Source of the DNA: an uncultured Verrucomicrobiota bacterium
GTDB taxonomy: Bacteria > Verrucomicrobiota > Kiritimatiellia > CAIQIC01 > CAZMXS01
NCBI GenBank assembly: GCA_964570325.1
Contig: CAZMXS010000011.1
Location: forward strand, 23,287 to 87,286
Reading direction: 5' to 3'
DNA: 64,000 bases
Part shown: in pieces, positions 60,564 to 64,000 of the stretch
How positions within the stretch are numbered: position 1 is the first letter of the stretch
Layout of the letters: each line of letters starts with the position of its first letter
Translations under genes and position numbers: made by a program
Notes under the pieces: generated by a model
Seen by the model: only the letters and a program-made list of their open reading frames with translations
Databases searched by the model: none
What the model was told of the DNA's origin: nothing

Positions 60564-60721
60564 AGCTGTCCCAAGCCGCTGATGGACACATTTTGATGGC
60601 GTTCTGGGAAAAGCCAAGCGGATAATGGTATGGATTCAACCGGATAGCAGGGGATCAATCGTACAAAACCCGCTAAATCTGTTTGCCGCCGCGCGGCCGT
60701 TTTGCCTAACATCCGGCCCGC

Positions 60722-61489
60722 ATGAACCCGACGCTGGTAGTCATACCAACCTACAACGAGCGCGAAAATGCGGAGAACATCGCCCGCGCGGTGCTGCAGG
60801 CCTGCCCGCAGGGCGACCTGCTGTTTGTGGACGACAATTCACCGGATGGCACGGGCCGTCTGGCCGATGAAATGGCCGCGCGTGAGCCGCGCATCCAGGT
60901 GTTGCACCGTCCCGGCAAGCAGGGGTTGGGGCGGGCCTACATCGCCGGTTTTCAATGGGCGCTGGAGCGCCACTACGAGTTCATCTTTGAGATGGACGCC
61001 GATTTCTCGCATAATCCGACAGACGTCCCGCGCATCCTGGCGGCGGCCCAGGAATCCGACCTGGCGCTGGGTTCGCGTTACGTCGGGGGGATCCGCGTGA
61101 TCAACTGGCCGCTCAACCGGTTGATCTTGAGCAAGGGCGCCGCCCACTATGTTCAGTTGATCACCGGCATGCCCTTCAGCGACCCAACCGGCGGGTTCAA
61201 GTGTTATCGCCGCGCAGTCCTGCAGGCGATTGATCTGAACAAGATCCGCTCCAACGGCTACTCCTTCCAGATCGAGATGACGCATACGACTTGGCGGCTG
61301 GGGTTCCGGATCGTGGAGGTTCCGATCACCTTCGAGGAACGGCGCTCCGGCCAGTCGAAGATGAGTTCGGACATCGTGCGCGAGGCGCTGTGGATGACTT
61401 GGAAACTGCTGTTCCGTTGCGGCTTCCAGCGCCGGCCGGGAGCGGTCAACCCGCGCAGCGTCGCGGCGGTGGCCGGAGGGCCGGCATGA
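60722..61489 (+). CDS. GT2 polyprenyl-phosphate glycosyltransferase (Dpm1/GtrB/Ppm1-like)
   Basis: VVIPTYNERENA...FVDDNSPDGT...DADFSHNP. DXD and the C-terminal amphipathic region. Confidence 0.85.
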   Translation: MNPTLVVIPTYNERENAENIARAVLQACPQGDLLFVDDNSPDGTGRLADEMAAREPRIQVLHRPGKQGLGRAYIAGFQWALERHYEFIFEMDADFSHNPTDVPRILAAAQESDLALGSRYVGGIRVINWPLNRLILSKGAAHYVQLITGMPFSDPTGGFKCYRRAVLQAIDLNKIRSNGYSFQIEMTHTTWRLGFRIVEVPITFEERRSGQSKMSSDIVREALWMTWKLLFRCGFQRRPGAVNPRSVAAVAGGPA

Positions 61490-62388
61490 GCCGGCCGGCA
61501 TGGGTCGCCGGGTTAGTGGCCCTGCGTCCGATGCAGTGGACCAAGAACCTGGTCGTGCTGGCGGCTTTTGTCTTCGCGCTGGGCGACCGCAACCAGGCGG
61601 TTGGTCTGGCGGCTTTCTGGACCGCCCTGGCCGCGGCTGGCATCTTCTGCGTCATCTCCAGCGCAATCTACTTGTTCAACGATGTGCAGGATGCGGAGCG
61701 CGACCGCCAGCATCCCCAGAAAAAATTGCGCCCGGTGGCGGCGGGCGAGCTTGCCGCGCCGGCGGCACTCCGGCTTTCGTGCCTGCTGCTGCTGGCCGGT
61801 CTGGTTGGGGCGGCCATGCTGTCCCGCGGCTTCTTCATGGTGGCCGCGGCGTATGTGCTGCTGCAGGTGGTCTACACTTTCCTGCTGAAGAAGGTGGCGC
61901 TGGTGGATCTGTTTATGATCGCGTTCGGCTTTGTCCTGCGGGCGCTGGCCGGCGCCGTGGCGATCCGCGTGCCCATCTCGCCCTGGTTGCTGCTGTGCAC
62001 GCTCCTGCTGGCGCTGTTCCTCGCCCTCTGCAAACGGCGACACGAAAAGGTGATCTTGAGCGATGTCGCGGGGACCACGCGCGAAAGCCTGGACCGCTAC
62101 AGCGAGAAGTTGCTGGATCAACTGATCGCCATTGTCAGCGCCGCGACGGTTGTTTCGTATTCCCTGTATACCCTCTGGCCCGACACGGTGCGCAAGTTCG
62201 GCACGCATGGGCTGGGTTTCACGATCCCATTCGTTATTTTCGGGCTCTTCCGCTACCTCGATCTGGTCTACCGGCACGAAAAAGGCGATCGCCCGGAGAA
62301 AATCCTGCTGACGGATGGTCCGCTGCTCGCGGACCTGGCCCTGTACGGCCTGACCGTTGGCGCGATCCTGCTGGCGACGAAGCTGTGA
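61486..62388 (+). CDS. UbiA-family prenyltransferase, decaprenyl-phosphate phosphoribosyltransferase-like
   Basis: ATG at 61486 (ATGA overlap with GT2). NDVQDAERDRQHPQKKLRP matches the DPPR-synthase Asp-rich motif. 8-9 TM. Confidence 0.8.
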   Translation: MSRPAWVAGLVALRPMQWTKNLVVLAAFVFALGDRNQAVGLAAFWTALAAAGIFCVISSAIYLFNDVQDAERDRQHPQKKLRPVAAGELAAPAALRLSCLLLLAGLVGAAMLSRGFFMVAAAYVLLQVVYTFLLKKVALVDLFMIAFGFVLRALAGAVAIRVPISPWLLLCTLLLALFLALCKRRHEKVILSDVAGTTRESLDRYSEKLLDQLIAIVSAATVVSYSLYTLWPDTVRKFGTHGLGFTIPFVIFGLFRYLDLVYRHEKGDRPEKILLTDGPLLADLALYGLTVGAILLATKL

Positions 62389-62735
62389 ACGGCTCGCCGG
62401 GGATTTGACAAGAGATCGCTTTTCGGGTGGCAGGCGGGACAAAACCAGCGCTCCTTGCAGGAGAATGCCCGCCGGCCGAGACGAGCGTTGACGCACAGGA
62501 TGGCGGCCAACCGCTTGCTCTCTGCTTCTATTATGGCAAAGAAACAGGGAGGAACAGCCGGAACCGTCTACGTCAATGGCTCAACCGTGGCTCAATTCAC
62601 GACAAACCCGATGTATCAATTCAAGGTTATCATAGACTGGGAGCGTCAGACCCTGACGGCGGGATGGTTGGGCTGGCCATCGTAACCAATGTGCTGACCG
62701 GCGCCAGAGACATATTGCGCGCGCAAACGCGTTTC

Positions 62736-63896
62736 CTACGGAATCTTTCGCACCTTGACGCGATAATACCGCCGGCCGCGCTCCGGCGGTCCGCCGGTCG
62801 TGTTCGCGCCCTCGTCGTCCACGAACACATGCGTTGAGGAAACCGTGTTTGTCTCCATCCAGGTTCCGATGTCGTCTGCCGGATTCGCGAAGGGCCGCCA
62901 TGGTACCCCGTTCGACAACTCGTGATCCGTGTAGTAGATTGTGTATTCCCGGCCCGGCTGTGTCGGCACCACAATCAGATGGTTCGTTTCGTCCTCCGTC
63001 GCCGGTGCGTCCGATTCAAAGCGCGACCCGCCATCGGTCGGTTCGGTGCCTGCGATATACTCATGCCGGTTGTCCGCGCCGTCTCCGTCGGAGTCCGCCG
63101 CCGGATCGTTGGTCAGCGACTCGAAATGCGTCCACTCCCAACCGTCCGCGATCCCGTCGCCGTCCCAGTCTGCGGGCACGACGATCTGCGCGAGGTTCGT
63201 CACGACGCTGTTGGTCAAGCCCTTCTGGTCATCTGCGACGAAGACTAGCAGGTTCGTGCTGTTCTCGTCCGCCGCGCCGGCAGTCCAAGCAAAATGGTTG
63301 GTGACGAACGTCGAGCCGGCCGGCCGGGCCGTGTTCGACAGCAGGACTGCGTCATGGTCCGGGTCGGTCGCGGTCACGACGAAGCCCGTGGATGCACCGA
63401 CCGCCAGCGTGCGCAGGGCGTCCAGGCTGATTTCCGGAGGCCGGTTGTCGTACAGAGCGAAGAGTTCAAACTCGTCCACGTCCACGCCCCAAGTGGCGAG
63501 GTCGGAGGCGATCCGGATCTCGCGGGTCCCGCTGGTGATCGCCCCGAGGAAAAGCGTGGATGAGTTGCGGAAGTCGGTCCAGTAACCGGTGTCCTCGGAC
63601 GGGAACTTTGCGCGCAGGGCGTTATCCACGTATACTTGCACCTTGTTTGGCCCGACGTCGTCGGAATAACGCACGCGCAGGAAGGTGTTGGAATACGTCG
63701 AGGGCACATTCACCCGGTAAACCAGGAACGGGTTCGCTCCGGAGTGTTCCAAGTGCATCGAGGCGTTGCTGACGGCGCCTACGCGCCATGCGAAGCTGGC
63801 GTTGGTCCCGGCATCGGACGATTCGCCCTGCCGCGTCAGGATATCCTTCTTGACCCGGCCGCGCGAGGGCGGGGAGGCCAGGTAAAACCCATCCAA
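62736..63896 (-). CDS. secreted protein with jelly-roll/CBM-like N-terminal part and thrombospondin-type-3-like Ca-binding DxDGDG motifs
   Basis: 386 aa. DWDGDGIADGWEW and DSDGDGADNRHEY acidic Ca-binding loops. Ends ...RYYRVKVRKIP. Confidence 0.55.
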   Translation of the reverse strand: MDGFYLASPPSRGRVKKDILTRQGESSDAGTNASFAWRVGAVSNASMHLEHSGANPFLVYRVNVPSTYSNTFLRVRYSDDVGPNKVQVYVDNALRAKFPSEDTGYWTDFRNSSTLFLGAITSGTREIRIASDLATWGVDVDEFELFALYDNRPPEISLDALRTLAVGASTGFVVTATDPDHDAVLLSNTARPAGSTFVTNHFAWTAGAADENSTNLLVFVADDQKGLTNSVVTNLAQIVVPADWDGDGIADGWEWTHFESLTNDPAADSDGDGADNRHEYIAGTEPTDGGSRFESDAPATEDETNHLIVVPTQPGREYTIYYTDHELSNGVPWRPFANPADDIGTWMETNTVSSTHVFVDDEGANTTGGPPERGRRYYRVKVRKIP

Positions 63897-63920
63897 CTCG
63901 ACGCCCCCGTTCCCCGCTGG

Positions 63921-63992
63921 CCTTGTGGGGTCAGGTCTATATAACCATACAAATGGCCTTGTGGGGTCAGGTCTATATAACCATACAAATGG
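63921..63992. repeat. perfect 36-bp tandem direct duplication (2 copies, may continue beyond window)
   Basis: CCTTGTGGGGTCAGGTCTATATAACCATACAAATGG occurs at 63921..63956 and again at 63957..63992, with no spacer. It is AT-richer than the flanks. It lies 25 nt upstream of the minus-strand gene starting at 63896. Confidence 0.85.
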
Positions 63993-64000
63993 ATTGCTGG

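Noticed and set aside
61513-62496. 327-aa minus-strand ORF
   Set aside because: It is antisense to the UbiA prenyltransferase gene.
62427-62837. 136-aa plus-strand ORF in the post-UbiA spacer
   Set aside because: It has no motifs, and it overlaps the 3' end of the downstream minus-strand secreted-protein gene. Only the short 50-aa sORF is kept as a low-interest note.
63921-63992. Possible CRISPR array
   Set aside because: The two 36-bp units abut with no spacer and no cas genes are nearby. This is a tandem duplication, not a repeat-spacer array.

Overview
This is a high-GC (about 65%) bacterial chromosomal segment, densely packed, mostly with minus-strand operons and many 4-nt ATGA start/stop overlaps. 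Reading from the start, the window contains: (1) a glycoside-hydrolase N-terminal fragment and an alpha/beta hydrolase; (2) a GNAT acetyltransferase and an S1/P1-type nuclease; (3) a marR-OMF-MFP-RND efflux operon; (4) metY with a long leader; (5) a secreted beta-helix protein and a large polytopic membrane protein; (6) an SDR/STAS cluster; (7) a complete 14-gene Mbh-type membrane-bound [NiFe]-hydrogenase/Mrp-antiporter operon, colinear with Pyrococcus mbhA-N, spanning 17303..25633; (8) a truncated GH18 fragment; (9) a TRAP transporter (dctPQM) with uspA; (10) several hybrid histidine kinases; (11) an Rrf2 regulator; (12) the conserved ffh-rpsP-KH-trmD-rplS-rnhB-yraN block; (13) a pyruvate/2-oxoacid dehydrogenase E1alpha/E1beta/E2 operon; (14) ruvA, a STAS-MlaE fusion with mlaF, and def; (15) a large minus-strand signalling locus at 52521..60617; (16) a GT2/UbiA polyprenyl-phosphate glycosyl system; and (17) a secreted Ca-binding protein. 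I recognised no rRNA, tRNA, CRISPR array or IS element. Lineage is inference only: the anaerobic H2 metabolism and the thrombospondin-type Ca-binding secreted proteins suggest a Verrucomicrobiota- or Planctomycetota-like Gram-negative. The best candidates for undescribed biology are as follows. First, the signalling locus, where two membrane-bound PAS sensors lack any kinase or output domain but share a conserved C-terminal coiled-coil motif, next to a V4R protein, a soluble HAMP-PAS hybrid kinase, a receiver/zinc-ribbon regulator and a receiver-kinase. Second, a membrane-anchored stand-alone DnaJ-type zinc-finger protein. Third, a 36-bp perfect tandem duplication at the window edge. Fourth, several orphan hairpin/T-run elements and repeated intergenic motifs.
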